The notes under the pieces are model-generated. The model was not told where the DNA came from and searched no databases. It saw only the letters and a list, made by a program, of their open reading frames with translations. Shown in pieces: positions 1 to 13,189 of a stretch of 64,000 bases of DNA. The stretch lies in NCBI RefSeq assembly GCF_009914755.1, contig NC_060925.1; one strand, written 5' to 3'. This stretch comes from the human T2T-CHM13v2.0 reference genome, Homo sapiens. The first letter of the stretch is position 1. The number at the start of each line of letters is the position of its first letter. The translations under genes were made by a program, and so were the position numbers.

Positions 1-57
1 TTGGCAATATTGATAATCATTATCTATGTCTACCAAACACTATTCAAGCATTGTATT

Positions 58-150
58 TATATTTTATATATCCTATATTATATATTATACACACACATAC
101 ACACATATATATGTATTTTACATATTTTTAAACATATATATATAATGTAT
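58..150. repeat. AT/AC-rich low-complexity tract
   Basis: Mixed (TA)n/(CA)n runs seen directly. Confidence 0.7.
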
Positions 151-440
151 ATTTGTAAAGGACTGATAATTTAATTGAGAAGAAGACACTATTTACAAAA
201 GGTTACGGTAGTATTTGGTAAGTTTTTATTAGTCCAGCATTTGTTCTTCTTCTTTAATAACTTTCTTTTCTACTGGAAGTGACATGTTCTTTATTTGTAT
301 TGTTGAAGGTGACCAGGAGAGCCTGATATCTCTGTTCTATACTCCAGAGGAGCTCAGGCAAAGATTCCCTCCCAGAATTTTTGAAGTTGACCTAGCCAAA
401 ATAGGACAAGCAAGTACCCTTCAAAGTATTTATTATAGCT

Positions 441-461
441 CAGCAGCAGCAGCAGCAGCAG
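441..461 (+). repeat. (CAG)7 trinucleotide microsatellite
   Basis: cagcagcagcagcagcagcag; explains the poly-Ala and poly-Leu runs in the spurious ORFs 284..604 and 354..602. Confidence 0.95.
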
Positions 462-1319
462 TCGTGGGAAAGGCCCAATTAACTTCAGGATATTTGTTGA
501 GCTCCCTGCTGTCTGAGTCTTCTTCCCATCAGAGCCCCTTTGATTCCTGCTCATCCCCCAAGATTTGTCTCCCAGGTGGCTGCCAATTATGTAAGAGTCC
601 ATAATATTCTTTCATTAAATTTCCCCTTGCTAAGATGAGCTCAACAAAAAGGATCTCAAACCAAGGTAAACACAAACATGATTACATCACTGAAGGTAAA
701 GCTCTTTATAATATTGTTTATGTTTTATTTTTCTTATATTGATAAAATGGATAGCAGGGACTGTTTTTGGCAGTAGCGGTGATATTGAAGATAATAATCT
801 ACATATATTGAAGTTGCATTAATATATCATATTTCATAATAATCGTAAGAGGCCAATAATAATTTTATCCTCTTTTTAGAAAGAGAAAAACTGTGATATG
901 AAATTTACTGTTGTATTTAAATTTCAGGGAGGGGACCCATTACTAAGAACTGAAGCTTTCAGAAAACTGTAAATCTTTACAGAAAAATGAAGGGAAAAAA
1001 GATGTGGTAGACTAGGAAAGGTGCAGAGTATTCATAAAATATTAAAAGAACCAGGTTTCTGGAGCACAAGTCATGTAGAGTAGTTGGATATGTCCTTGGG
1101 AGTTAGACAGATGAGAAAACTTAATTGACAAAAAATGAGTTAAATTATTACAATGAAGACATATAGATCTGGCCTAACTCTTCAGAAAGATCACTACAAA
1201 GAATGCATTCTACTAGAAGTTATTTAGAAAACAGTGACATCAGAGGAGACGAGAAAGTAACTGAAGTTTCTCATCAATCAACAAATTAACATGTTCCCAC
1301 AGTTATGATTTAAGCTATA

Positions 1320-2292
1320 GTTTCTCTCTGCCCAGAACCCCGTATCACTAGGTGGATGTAAATACTCAGGCATGTTAGACATAACCTGCCCAAGGGAGGT
1401 TTCCTATTTACCTCACTTTGATTCCCACCAAGTCTTCTCTCTTTCCCAATACTCCCCACTCTCAACAAGAAGAGCAACCATCCATTTGGTTGCTTAAAAA
1501 AATAATACTTTAAGTTCGTCTTTTTCTATACCAGCCAGCAGAAAGCTCTGTGGACTTTGCCATCTGAGATGTATGCAGATCATACCACTTCTCCCCATCA
1601 CAAATTTTTCCACCCCACATGATCTCTTTGAGTAAACTGCTGCCACAGGTCTCAAAGTGAACTAATCTCCTGATTCCATTCTTGCCCTATCTGACCCATT
1701 CCCATGCAACAGCAAGAGCAACATTGCCATAATCATGTGAATCGGGTCATGGCAATCCCGTTTAAAATCCCCCAACAACTTCCTGTTGCATTTAGAATAA
1801 AATACAACCTTTTCATCAGGTTCAGGAAGACCTTTCTGATTTGGCCTCTGCATACATTGCCAATGTCACTTGATACCACCTCTCCTTTTCTATTCTGCTC
1901 CTGCTGCATTGGCTGTCCTTCAGTTCCTAGAGCACGGTGAGCTCATTCCCCTTTTAGGATTTTTCTCCTTTAGTTATAAGAGGATGGCATAGTTTTGAGA
2001 TTCACAGCTCAGCCTCGAAATCGTATTCTCACAGGCATCTACTCTGTACCTTACAGCAGAGCAGCTGCTCACTAGCATAACAACACAATTAAATCTCTCC
2101 ATAAGACATATCCCTATCTGATATTGTGGGTGTTTATTGTTTTTTGTTATCTAAGTCATCTTTCAAGATATTAGCTTCATTAAAATAATCCCCTGGTTTA
2201 TCCTGTTTACCCTTATATATATCAGTACCTAGTATATTTCCTGACACATGGTTGGTGCTCAGTGAATATCTGTCAAGTCAATGAATAAATGA
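1320..2292 (+). mobile_element. L2 LINE 3' fragment (L2a-like)
   Basis: Pyrimidine-rich L2 body ending in agtacctagtatatttcctgacacatggttggtgctcagtgaatatctgtcaagtcaatgaataaatgaa, which matches the L2 3' terminus. Confidence 0.8.
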
Positions 2293-2959
2293 AGGAAGAA
2301 AGAAAAAACTAATATTTATTAAGTGCCAGGAATAGTCAAGTAAGCTAAATAACTCTGAGTGGCAAAGTACAAGACAACCTCTATACCCATATTGTTAGAG
2401 ATTATCTGAGATACGTCAGTGCTCTTTTAATATTAATAATAAAAAATTATTATCCATATTTAAGATTGTTACCTAAAGCTTTTTAACTCTTTTCTGAAAA
2501 CCAATAAGACCCTTTTATTTTTCAGACACATATAAGCTTTATACAGTAGGTGGGGTATAAGTAAGCTATCCAGTTGGCAGAGGAAAGTACTATTCCCTCT
2601 TTCTCATCAACAAACTGGGGTGTTTTGCACACAAAGCAAAACAACTTTCTCAAAGGACCACACTGCTTAATAGCGGAAGGGAATGTATGGAGTTGCTGCA
2701 GGAGGTTAAAAAATGTGGCCCAAAAAGTGTTTGGTTTTTGATCTTTCTCTACAGATAATGTAGGAAGCTGAATGCCAGGAGTGTGAGGGCAAAGACAAAA
2801 AATAGAGTTTTGCTGTCTGATCCCTGGCCCTGAAGACAGGTTTCTAGGTTCTGAAACAATGGCCCAAACACTGACTGTAAATGTGCAAGCTTCTGCAGCT
2901 GGTATATAACACCTTATTGCTGCTTCATGCAGACAGTGGGTCTTAGATTTACTATTATT

Positions 2960-3440
2960 GCATTCTTTAGCTTTTACGTTTTTATCCTTTAGCTTTTTTC
3001 TTCTTTGCATTCAATATTTTTTTATTTCCATTTTATTATCTTGGTTACTTTTGCCATTATGTTTTTTTTTAATCTCTTAGTCATTCTGTGTTTTTTTAAT
3101 AACATTTTATTGCCTTAACTGTTCTGCCATATCTTAAAACTTCTTAGCCTGCTTTGTCTTTTCTCAGTAACTTATTTTTCCATTTATCTTTTTTTCCTTA
3201 TACTTAGCTTTGCAAAAATCATTTACCTAATTTTTTCCCTAAAACTTTCACCAGTATAAGTTTTATCTTGTGGTGTTTACTTATACTTTTAGCTCTTTTC
3301 CTGTTTCTCATTCTTAATAAATTTGTCTTTTTTTACAATTTGTACTATTTTTATTCTCTTAAAAAATGTATTTTGTCAAATTTTCTTAATTTGTGTCTAT
3401 GTATTTTAATTGGATTTCTTTTAATTACTCTTAAATATAT
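2960..3440. repeat. T-rich low-complexity region
   Basis: ~480 bp with strong T excess and very few G, seen directly. Confidence 0.7.
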
Positions 3441-4229
3441 TTAAATGTGAGCAGAAGTTGCCCATATGCCATTCAATTAAGGAAACTCTCTGCTCTAGGC
3501 AAGGTCAATCAGTCATTTTTCACTTTTCATTTACCCTTTAATGGGTCCTCCTGGCCCCTGTGAAACTGAACCTTCATTTACAACACTGAACATGTGATTC
3601 TAAATCATCATATTGAATAACAATAAGGCAGAATTTTGCAAATTTCATTGCCAATATTAACACTAATACCTTGGAATAACGTATCCACATTTGAAACAAG
3701 TTCTTTCTCCCTCAGAATGACCTGGGGAATGAGAAGGGAGGGATTGATTATTAACAATGCAATGTACTGGGCCTCACTCCATAATACCATACTAGAATAT
3801 TGGGAATGTAAGCCTTGAACTTGCCTTTAACATTTCATTTAACAAGCTACCCTGGTTGATTTTTTTTTAATTACACTGAACTTTGACAACCAGTGTCCTG
3901 AATCGTTCAACCCCTTTATGTAAAAATGTCAATATAAAACCTATCATTTCTATCCTAAATAACCACTGGACACCAGGCAAATCATTAAAACAGAATAAGA
4001 ACATATTTAATAAATCACTCTCCAGATTGAATGGTATTATTAAACAATTAATTAGTTCTTTTAAGGTTCTAGTACTGTGACTGAAAAGAAGAATGAGGAT
4101 CTGTAGCTGTTGTCCTGGAGCCTGCTTTATTACAAACTGTACCACTATTACTTAACTGGTTCACTTTAGTTCCAGAAAGTGTCATGTCCATGGTACTCCC
4201 TCTGTAGGTTTGCAGTTATACATAACATT

Positions 4230-4412
4230 ATCAGTATCACTATAGCGAAGTTAAACTTACATCACGAGGTTGTGCTCGCTCATATATTGCCTCCTGATAT
4301 AGACTGTGGTCTGCTCCAGGGCAACTTTTATGTTTATGTTCTTATGATTCTGGTACTAGTAACAGTATCTGGCATTGAGTAGATGCTCAAAGAAAATTTT
4401 TTTGAATAAATA
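4230..4412 (+). mobile_element. L2 3' end fragment
   Basis: tagactgtggtctgctccagggca...ggtactagtaacagtatctggcattgagtagatgctcaaag...tgaataaataa resembles the L2 terminus. Confidence 0.7.
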
Positions 4413-4679
4413 ATTTTTTATTTAAACAGAAATGTGTTTTCCCATACTCTCCAATATGATGGAGATAGTAAATATTAGTTTGTATTCTTTCTTCAAATGT
4501 AAAACCTGTTTACATATGGAGCCTCTGACTGATACTCTTCTGGCCTTTACATAACGATTAGGTATCTAAAATAAATAGTTCTGGAGAATCAACAACAGAA
4601 TCAGAAATGGCAAGATGGAAACTCTATTTAAAGATAATCTACATAGAGTGAGGGATAATTTTATCCCATTCTATAGATA

Positions 4680-5117
4680 ATTCCTGTGATCATTTAAATT
4701 TTTGCTTAATAAGTATTTACACTCCTCTGTAGATGGTGTATATTTCCCCATCCCATGTTGTTAGGCCAGACTATGTAACTGGTTTAAACCAATGAATTTT
4801 TAGTGGACATGACACAAGTAGAAGCTTTAAATACATGTGTGTGGTTTTGTTCACTCTATTCCAGTGCCTTGCCTTGAAAATAACATGCCCAAGGTAGCTA
4901 CTGTGCCTCTGGGTCACAGAACGAGCAAACATAGATGAGACCTGAATTGAACCACAGCCTGGATCCAAGTGTAACCAATACACAACCTGAAGCAGAACTG
5001 TCCAGGCAAGCCCTATCGACATCGGCTGAACCACTGTCACTCCACAGACTTTGTGGCAATGAAAACACATTCTGGTTTCAAAGACTGAGTTTTGGGGTGA
5101 TTTTCTTATGTAACAAG
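4680..5117 (+). mobile_element. MaLR solo LTR (MLT1I/J-like)
   Basis: MLT1 motifs ctatgtaactggtttaaaccaatgaattttagtggacatgac and 3' end ggtttcaaagactgagttttggggtgattttcttatgtaaca. Confidence 0.7.
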
Positions 5118-5698
5118 TCGTGGCACCAGGTTTTTATATGCCTTTTTGGGGGTGAATTCACTGAATACAAAAAGAAACATTTTGAAAAACTTATTTAGAG
5201 TTATGATATAGTGTTAGAAGATATTAATCTGTTTTCTCACTTAAGTCCAACGTATTTTCAACCATGGACAATAATCCACTTTTCTTCTATTACTGTCACC
5301 TTTCATATCTATTCATAACCCTTTTGTGGTCTAGTGGAATTATTAATCAGGCTGTGGAAATAAAAAAAGAGGTTAAGAGTATTCAATCAATGCTACTTAA
5401 ATTTTAGCTTGTCTCTGTGTATTAATCCAGATTGCTATACTCAGCAAAATTCACTTTTGTTTTCCTGCATGAATTCTTTCCACAGGGAACTTTCCTCTAT
5501 TGATATTAAAACAGTACTTTTAGAAAGTACTGTATGTTTAGCAGTTAGTCATATCCTCTTTTAGATCATCTTTTAGATATACCATTGGTACACATTTTGC
5601 TTCTCTAACAACACGGTCAAATTTTGAGGTCATCCTTTAATTTATGTCCTTCTACAATCCCTACAATAAACCTAAACACAAAATAGGCATTTCATAAA

Positions 5699-5826
5699 CA
5701 GAATGACCGTATACCACGGTTTTCCTGGGACATTCTCATTTATGGCTTTTGTTCCAGAATACTATTAACAGCCTTGTTAATTCTTAAAATGTCCCAGCTT
5801 GGACAGTAAATTATTTGGTCAATCCA
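5699..5826 (+). mobile_element. MER94-like hAT-Blackjack MITE
   Basis: Degraded TIRs (gaatgaccgtat.../...attatttggtcaatcc) with internal tcctgggaca and aatgtcccagcttggacagtaaattat, matching the recalled MER94 consensus. Confidence 0.7.
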
Positions 5827-6394
5827 TTAATAAATCACTGCCAAATGACAAAAATGACCCTTAGAAAAAGTTATGTATATACTATCTACCATCCCAACAG
5901 AATTAAATTTGTAGATGTAAACCAACAAGTGTTAATATCAACGTATCATTTTGTCATGAATTCTAATATTCGGCCTAATAATGTAAGAAAAGTGGTGGCT
6001 AAACATCCATTTGCCTTCTGCCTTTTAAAGGACAGAGTCTGATCTGATATTCATGTCTGGTTTTTCTTATAATGTGATATGCTGATATTCTGAATCTTTG
6101 TTTGTATAGCAGGGACTCACAGCATATTTCAAGTCTATTTATACTTTATTTATATTTCAAAGACATCAGCCCAAGTACAGTGAGTTCAGCACAGTATACA
6201 AAATAAAATGCTTGTGGTTAAGCATTTATCAATGCCTTTGGAGTCAAAGAAGTCAATGAAAAGTGCTGTAAGCAGAGATGTATTAAAACCTGAAGAAAAG
6301 CATAGTAATAAAATGTAAATTTTTATTTTTCTTTCCCTATGGTTTATAGTACTTATATTTTTCATGGATTTAGGACTATGAGTTTTAATACACC

Positions 6395-6620
6395 ATTGGG
6401 TATAGTGAGCACAGACTTTGAAATCATGAAGATCTGAGTTTAAAACCATGTGAGCTATTTGCCGACTAGATAACCTTGAAAATCTCTGGCAATGACAGCC
6501 TTTTTATTTGTATCATGGAGAAGGTATGTCCACTTCATTAGACTATTGCAAATAGTTAATGGAAAAAATAGAAAACACAGTGATTGACACAAGTGATTGT
6601 TCAAAAATTAGCATTTTTCT
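6395..6620 (+). mobile_element. MIR SINE
   Basis: gagcacagactttgaaatca...ctgagtttaaa head and acacagtgattgacacaagtgattgttcaaaaattagc tail. Confidence 0.65.
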
Positions 6621-9034
6621 CAATGACTAACCCTTATTCCTAACATCTAAGAATTATTGGAAGCCTGAAGGTTTATTTTAGGAGTTTCTCTGTTACTGCT
6701 TTCACTCCGGATTTCGCATTTCCAAAGGGCTGTTGCTCTGTTGGTGCTATAAGTTTGGGGTTTTTTTTGCTTCTATTTGTATATTCATTGGGAAAAAATT
6801 CACTGGTCTGAACTCTTTAATGGCTTAAGAAGTCTGTGTTGATAAATGCGAAATGCAGCAAGGGTGGAACTGAAAGTCCTATGTTAAGGCTAGCTCCTGC
6901 CCAGAGTGCACATCATATCTTTCTTTTGTGTGCTGCTGTTCCTACTGCTGCTGAAGGGAACTATAACTATAGATCAGGATAGTCTATGACAGACTGTCTG
7001 AGGGAACTGAGTGCTGAGCTCATACTTATATAACTTAATGCATTCAACGAAACCTGGAAAAATCACAACAGGACAGCTGCATACATGACAAACAAACACA
7101 CATGCTGTGCTGACTCCTCCACCAGGACCCCGGGCCTCTTCAGTATGTTTTGACAGATCAATTTGAGGCCTCTTATAAAACAATTCTCCCCATCAAGCTA
7201 AAAGCAAATGACCAAGATCTTTAAGATTTTGAAGGAAGACAGGCATGCCTTCATTCCTTATTTCTTAGTCCTATGAGGAATGTGATAAATAAGCAATTGC
7301 TGTCATAATGTTTAAGCAGTAGTTTGTTCTTTCTGCAATCTTTGAAGGGCTTTTGTTTAAAACCATTGAAGGAATGCTTCCACATGCAATGAAAATGCAG
7401 TAAGAAATCTATGAATTATACCAGCCCACAGACAAATTTTTATCTCTGTAAGAATTATTTTTATGTGAAATAATTGTAGCATAAATATATCTACTCAGGG
7501 TTTACAAAAATATCCAGCTAATTTAATATATAACTTAATCTTTCCCTAGCTTTGAGTCGCTTACTCTGGATTTGTAGCAATGGTGAGACTTGTGGAAATC
7601 CAACATTAATTGGACTGCACTCGAAATGTGTGAGTTTCAAAATTCAGCAATGTGCTAGAACTAGAAAATAGTGATAAACTATCCCCCAAAAAAGATATAG
7701 AAGACATCTTTCATCACAAAATATCTAAATGAAAAGGAAATAATTATTTTCAAACTTTAAATCAAATGTTCTTCCAGGTCAAATAAAATATGTTGGATTT
7801 TTTTTTAGATGAAGCTTAGGTTTATGAATAGATCTAAAATATTTTTAAGAAGCACAGCTTAGACTCATACAGTTATTGAATACTTAAATTTCTTCATAAA
7901 TCTTAAGGACATCAGTTGTCAGAATGTCTGTGCTAGTCTATGGGTTTTCAGTTTTTGTTCCCTTTAATAGCTTAGAAAGGAAGATACGAACTATGAGAAT
8001 TGTTAAAGCAACAAAAAAGTCTCTCTGTGTTTTCTTTTGAGGGGAAAGGTAATTTGTTAAGAAACCTCCTTGACAGGATGATGGAACATACTTCTTTTGT
8101 TTTTTTCCCACTGTGTAGAGCCATGAGAATCAAATGAAAGCTAGGCTTACTGTAACACATTGACTGACAATTAGATTTAAAAACCCCAGGAAATAGGATC
8201 TCATAATGGTACCTAATGGGATTCTGAAATAAAGTCTACTGCTCTCAGGTATCATCAGGTAGTGAAATTAAAAGAAAAGCACAGAAACTCAATTATTGCT
8301 AGAATCGGCTCGTTAAGTTGGTTGCTGTCACAACTAGAAGATTCTTTAACTCCATGGCAATACTGCATATTTTTGGTTTCTTGTACCATTAGAGGTTATT
8401 ATGCCTCATAAAGTTAATAAATGTGAATCAAATTCTTTTCACGTCAAAATCTTTTGAGGCTTATTTTATATATATCCTTCTCACAAAGCAGAGTAATTTT
8501 ATTAATATATCAAGCTAACAGAATTTGATGCAGCAGTAAATATCTGGAATGTGATGGCTTAATTATACTACTATTATTAGAACATCATATTTTTAAGTAT
8601 TCCAGTAATGCCCCTTTTTATAAATTTCATCCCAATTGCATCTAATGAGACAATACTCAGATATTGATAAAAGAGTACAGAAAAGTAATCACTGTGAGTG
8701 AAACGTAGACATTCAATAACAAAAATGTAAACGTAAATAATAAAAACTATGGCTTATTTTACTATTAAATCTAATGCTATGAGATCAAAAAATAATGTTT
8801 GACTTTTGGTGTTTGATTAAAAACTTTCCCTTAGCATTTCATTTCTGAATTTTCCCATAGTCCATTATTAACGATGATCCAAAAACTAATTAGAGGAATA
8901 AAAAATGTATTATTTGGAATGTGAATCCAGCCACTAGAGATAAAAACGTTAGCAGCTCATTACTCTAAAGTCTTTTCAAATATATTTTTAAGTGAAAGTA
9001 ACTTTATTAATCATAATATCCTAATAATCATTTT

Positions 9035-9087
<53 letters not shown>

Positions 9088-9125
9088 GAGACGGAGCGAG
9101 AGAGATGGAGAAAGACACACAGAGA
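9035..9125. repeat. (AC)17 microsatellite with flanking ACAT and GA units
   Basis: Pure AC run at 9045-9078, followed by GA-rich units. Confidence 0.95.
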
Positions 9126-10061
9126 GTTTTTCTTTTGAAGTTGTAAAAATATAATGTCAAAAGAAAAGCTGATTCTTTCTACAAAGGAAAGAAGGCAAGA
9201 CTGATTATTGATAAACATAAAAGGACATGTCCGTTGGGACCCCTGTAGTAGCGTTTCATTCCTTATGTCTGTCTGTGCTTGGTTTGTTCCTCAGTAGTAG
9301 CTGAATTTCCTTTAGTTGCAGAAAGAGCTACATTGGACAAACTCCCTCAAAAGACGTACTCATTCTTTTTCACAGAAGCAAGTGAATGTAAATAGAGAGG
9401 ATAAGAAAAAACTCAGTGGATTTAGGAGAATCAAGTTGCACCCATGACACATGCCCTAACTTTAAAATATAGATCATTTGAGCCTATTTAATTTCAAGTT
9501 ATTATTAATTCTTTATTCAAGAGACCAAAACTTAATGAGATTTTACTGAATTCTGGGAAGCAGAGAATTCAAAAAGATATGTTTTTTCCAGACATGAGAA
9601 TAGAAAATCAAAAGAATTAATTGAGACAATTTGGTTTTATTATTAAAAGTCAGAAATGCTAAGCACAGAAAAAGAATGACAAAGAATAGCATAAAATTAA
9701 GAATGTTAGTATTTATGTAAAGAATTTTGTCATTTTCAAAATACTACGTGGTTATATCAAATGGAAGTACAAAAAATTTTAAACATGTTAAATTTTAGTC
9801 ACAGCCAAACATTTTTTATTCTAGCAGAAAAAAAAGGCATAACAAAGCAAACAGCACAAAACAAAGGGATTAGCAGTACAATTAAACTCTGCCGGTTGGA
9901 TTCTACCATCATCATATTGATAATAAAAAGCAATAAAGACTACTTTACGAGTATTAATTAAAGAGAGACTCGAGAGCAAGAGAAAGGGGAGAAAAAAAGT
10001 TCATAAAAAAGCTGCAATCAAAAAAAGCTTTTTATTTCAGGTTGGATGGTGAAGATACTAA

Positions 10062-10283
10062 AGGCAGTAGAGTGTGATGGTTATTCACAAGAACTTTGGA
10101 GTCAGACAGACCTGAGTTTGGGCGGTGCCTTTGCTACTTAAAGTTTAAGCGGTCACTGAAAATCTCATTTTCTTCATTTGTAAAATAAAGTTAATAGCAA
10201 TACTTCTTTTATACAGTTGTTTTGACGATAAAATTAAATAGTGCTTGGCACATAGCGTATGCTAAATAAATTATAGCTATAGC
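10062..10283 (+). mobile_element. MIR SINE
   Basis: ctttggagtcagacagacctgagttt, core ctcattttcttcatttgtaaaat, tail agtgcttggcacatag...aataaattatagctat. Confidence 0.85.
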
Positions 10284-10439
10284 TATTAATAAGTCACAGG
10301 GACACAGAAAGTGAAAATTACATGGCTCCTGCTTGAGACTGTGTGGTTTCTGTGATCTTCCCTATGATGCTCAGTTTCTCAGCTGAGAAACTGAGTGAAG
10401 GCTGAAATCACCAAGATTTGCTTACACAGTTATCACACT

Positions 10440-10565
10440 CTGAGCCCTGGAGCAGCACTGTGTGCCTGCACAAAGGCACCTTCAGCAATTCAAAGTGGTA
10501 AGCTGCATCTGCCTAGGTAGGTAGAGTTCTAATTCACACAAAGGTTCCATACTGTCTCAGTCCTG
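10440..10565 (+). mobile_element. MER91-like hAT-Tip100 MITE
   Basis: tgcctgcacaaaggcacc ... ttctaattcacacaaaggttccata...cctg resembles recalled MER91 motifs. Confidence 0.45.
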
Positions 10566-10965
10566 ATCACCAGCCGTCCTTCCCAATTGCAGCGTTGATT
10601 ATAGCAATGTTTCTTAACCTGGTAAACATTTCTGCATCTTAAGTCAAAGAAGTTGCCCTATCTCTGATTTATAAATTACCATGGGTTTCCATGTACTATT
10701 TTTATTTACTAGCACACAGCTGAGACTTTAGTTTCCTCTTAAATCATTTAGTTTTGTAGTTCTCAATCCAACACTTACCTGATCACCTGCTCTTGTATAG
10801 CAGCAACTGACTGCAGTTAGTTTTTAGTATCTCACTCTTTATGGATGAAATAAAATCTGGGTTAATCACAGAGCAGGAGTGGAGTGATAAGAAGGTATTA
10901 GGAAGTTTGGAAATTTTGTTCCAAGAAATCATTTTATTTCATAGCCAATGGGGGTCTATTATTTG

Positions 10966-11433
10966 TGTCAAACATGGCAAAAGGTCTCAGATTTTAACCC
11001 AAATTGCATGTTACAAAGTTGACCTGCCATAGTTTCATGGATACTGGTCAAAAAAACAAGATTCCTAGGGCAGAGATAAAACATGCAATTTATTACATCA
11101 ATAGCAGTAACAAGGTTAACAGCATTTTTGTGTTGGTTCCTGGAGCCCCAGTTCTCACAGGGAGGTGTAAAGATGGACAGATGTTTACCTGCACATACAG
11201 TAGATCTTATTACAGGAGAAGAATACTAAGCATAGGGAACCCAGATGTTTTATAATGAGCAGTAAGAATTCCTAACCTCCTTTTGCACCATAGGAAGATA
11301 CTGTCTCTGTCATCTAAGGATTTAATTTGTACAAACATTCTTGAAAAGATAGTTCAGAATAAAGGACCATAAATGCCTCTACTCGCCAGATATGCAGAAA
11401 CAGGAGATACCCATGGATAATTATCTCTCAATG
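10966..11433 (-). mobile_element. ERVL solo LTR (LTR40-like)
   Basis: Minus strand starts ttgagagataattatccatgggtatctcctgtttctgca...ctatcttttcaagaatgtttgta and ends aaaatctgagacc...ttgaca. TATAAAA at 11254-11248 and AATAAA at 11094-11089. Confidence 0.75.
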
Positions 11434-11859
11434 ATGTAGAAGACTTTGGAAGACTTCCCCAAGGGAAATATCACTATTATTCATTAGATATAGAGCTTAT
11501 TTATATAAACCTGAGGAGTTAAAATGTGATTGTAATAAGGGATTGACAATCTTTCTAAAAATAAGTTCAGAGTGTTTATATATCCTTTCAGAGAAAAGAA
11601 GCATTAAATAAACTTGTTCTAAAGATGAGAAGTAACCTGAAATTTTAAGCAAGCCCAACTCTTCGCATCCCCTTTTTATCCTCTGCTTCTTTACGCAGAT
11701 AAAAAATAAACAAACATTTTGCATATAACTTTTGGCACAGATATTGTGGGCTGATTTCCTTTTGATTATTCTTTTTTAAAATAATCATTTTTAAAACAAC
11801 TTCAAAATAGCTAGAGATATTGCCTTTAAAACTAATAGCAAAAATATTATATTTTAAAA

Positions 11860-12210
11860 TAAAGAGAAAATCAAAACCAATACTTTTTAACTTAATCTCC
11901 ACAGTTAAAACATAACCAAAAATCGATAAGATAAATGAGATAATTAAAGTTGAAGTTAATTAAAATTGAATGATTTTCACGAATATATAGAACAAAAAGC
12001 AAAAAGCAAAGAGAAAATAAATTCTATAATAAGAAGTAGAGAAATAAGATTAATGATGCTGTAACACACTTGAGATATTGATTTTTTCCCTTTATCAGAC
12101 TTCAACAGAAAAAAAATGGAGAAAAGAAATGTAAACAGTCAAGAGACAATGAAGAATGCAAAAAAACAAAAACAAAAACAAAAACAAAAAAAAGTCCCAG
12201 CCCTTTTCCT
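11860..12210 (+). mobile_element. possible HAL1/L1ME ORF1-region remnant
   Basis: A-rich sequence with tagaacaaaaag...aaagagaaaat and aacagaaaaaaaatggagaaaagaaat, reminiscent of old L1 ORF1. Weak match. Confidence 0.3.
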
Positions 12211-12786
12211 TGCTGAGCAGGTATGAGAAATTTCGAAAATCATTTATAAGTGAGCAGACTTACTGTACTTCAATCCATGAACACTGAAGAATGTTGAGCA
12301 TAATTAATGAACTACCGTCTTTTAAATAATCATGAAGAAGTTAATAGACACCAATGATTAGGAGGGATAAGTAATATGCAGTAAAGAACTTTTAAAAGGG
12401 AGGTGAATAATTGACAGGTCAAGTAGATTTTTCTCTGGTGTGTAACTGACAAAAAGGAAAGAAGTGTTTGATGACAAATAAATAACCTGGAGAAAGTGAG
12501 CACTCAAGAGTTTGAAATAAGACAAAATTAAAAATAAGTCATTTTAAATATAACTAATTAATACTGAAATAGATAGGATGTACTTTAAATTGTAGGTAAA
12601 TAGATATTGAAGGAGAGGACACGTAACCAAAGACAAATTTTTAAAATGACATAAATGACACAAAATTGTACAATAGTATGAGGAAAGTTAAGTCTACCAG
12701 GAAAAAAGCTTTTGATATAGAAAGAAAGCAACCAAAATAATCCTCATTTAGCTCAACAAACCTGACAGAACATCAAATGTGACTGA

Positions 12787-12977
12787 GCAAACCGCTGGAG
12801 CTGGCTTGCACTGCCTGGGAGGGCCAATTGTTAAACATCAGATAATTTGGAAAGACGAGTGTTAAAATGTTGGGGGTTTCATTTCCGCCACAGTGAGACC
12901 ATTTACAACATGAAAAATCAGCAAATGATACAAGTCAGGATCATTTTTTTTTTTTCTTTCTTACAAGACACCATTGC
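12787..12977 (+). mobile_element. MER63A-like hAT-Blackjack MITE
   Basis: gctggagctggcttgcactgcctgggagggccaattgttaaa ... atttacaacatgaaaaatcagcaaatgatacaagtcagg ... acaccattg. Confidence 0.75.
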
Positions 12978-13189
12978 AGCTGCTACAAGAGAGGACTTAT
13001 TTTGGACAGATTCTGAAGTATTAACCAACAACAAATTCAAGGCTAAACTTACCACATCTTTTGGCTTTTGTCTTCTCTATTTAAAAACAAGTTTTAGAAT
13101 TGAAATGGATTAACAATATTTTGTTAAATAGAGAATTACAGACTAAGATAATAAAGCTTAATGTAAAGGAATTTTAAAACATTTTTTTT

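Noticed and set aside
284-604. 106-aa ORF with a poly-Ala tract
   Set aside because: The run comes from the (CAG)7 microsatellite, apparently in degraded LTR-like sequence. There is no recognisable domain or exon context.
2522-3010. 162-aa minus-strand ORF
   Set aside because: It begins in the T-rich low-complexity tract, resembles no protein I know, and is consistent with a chance ORF.
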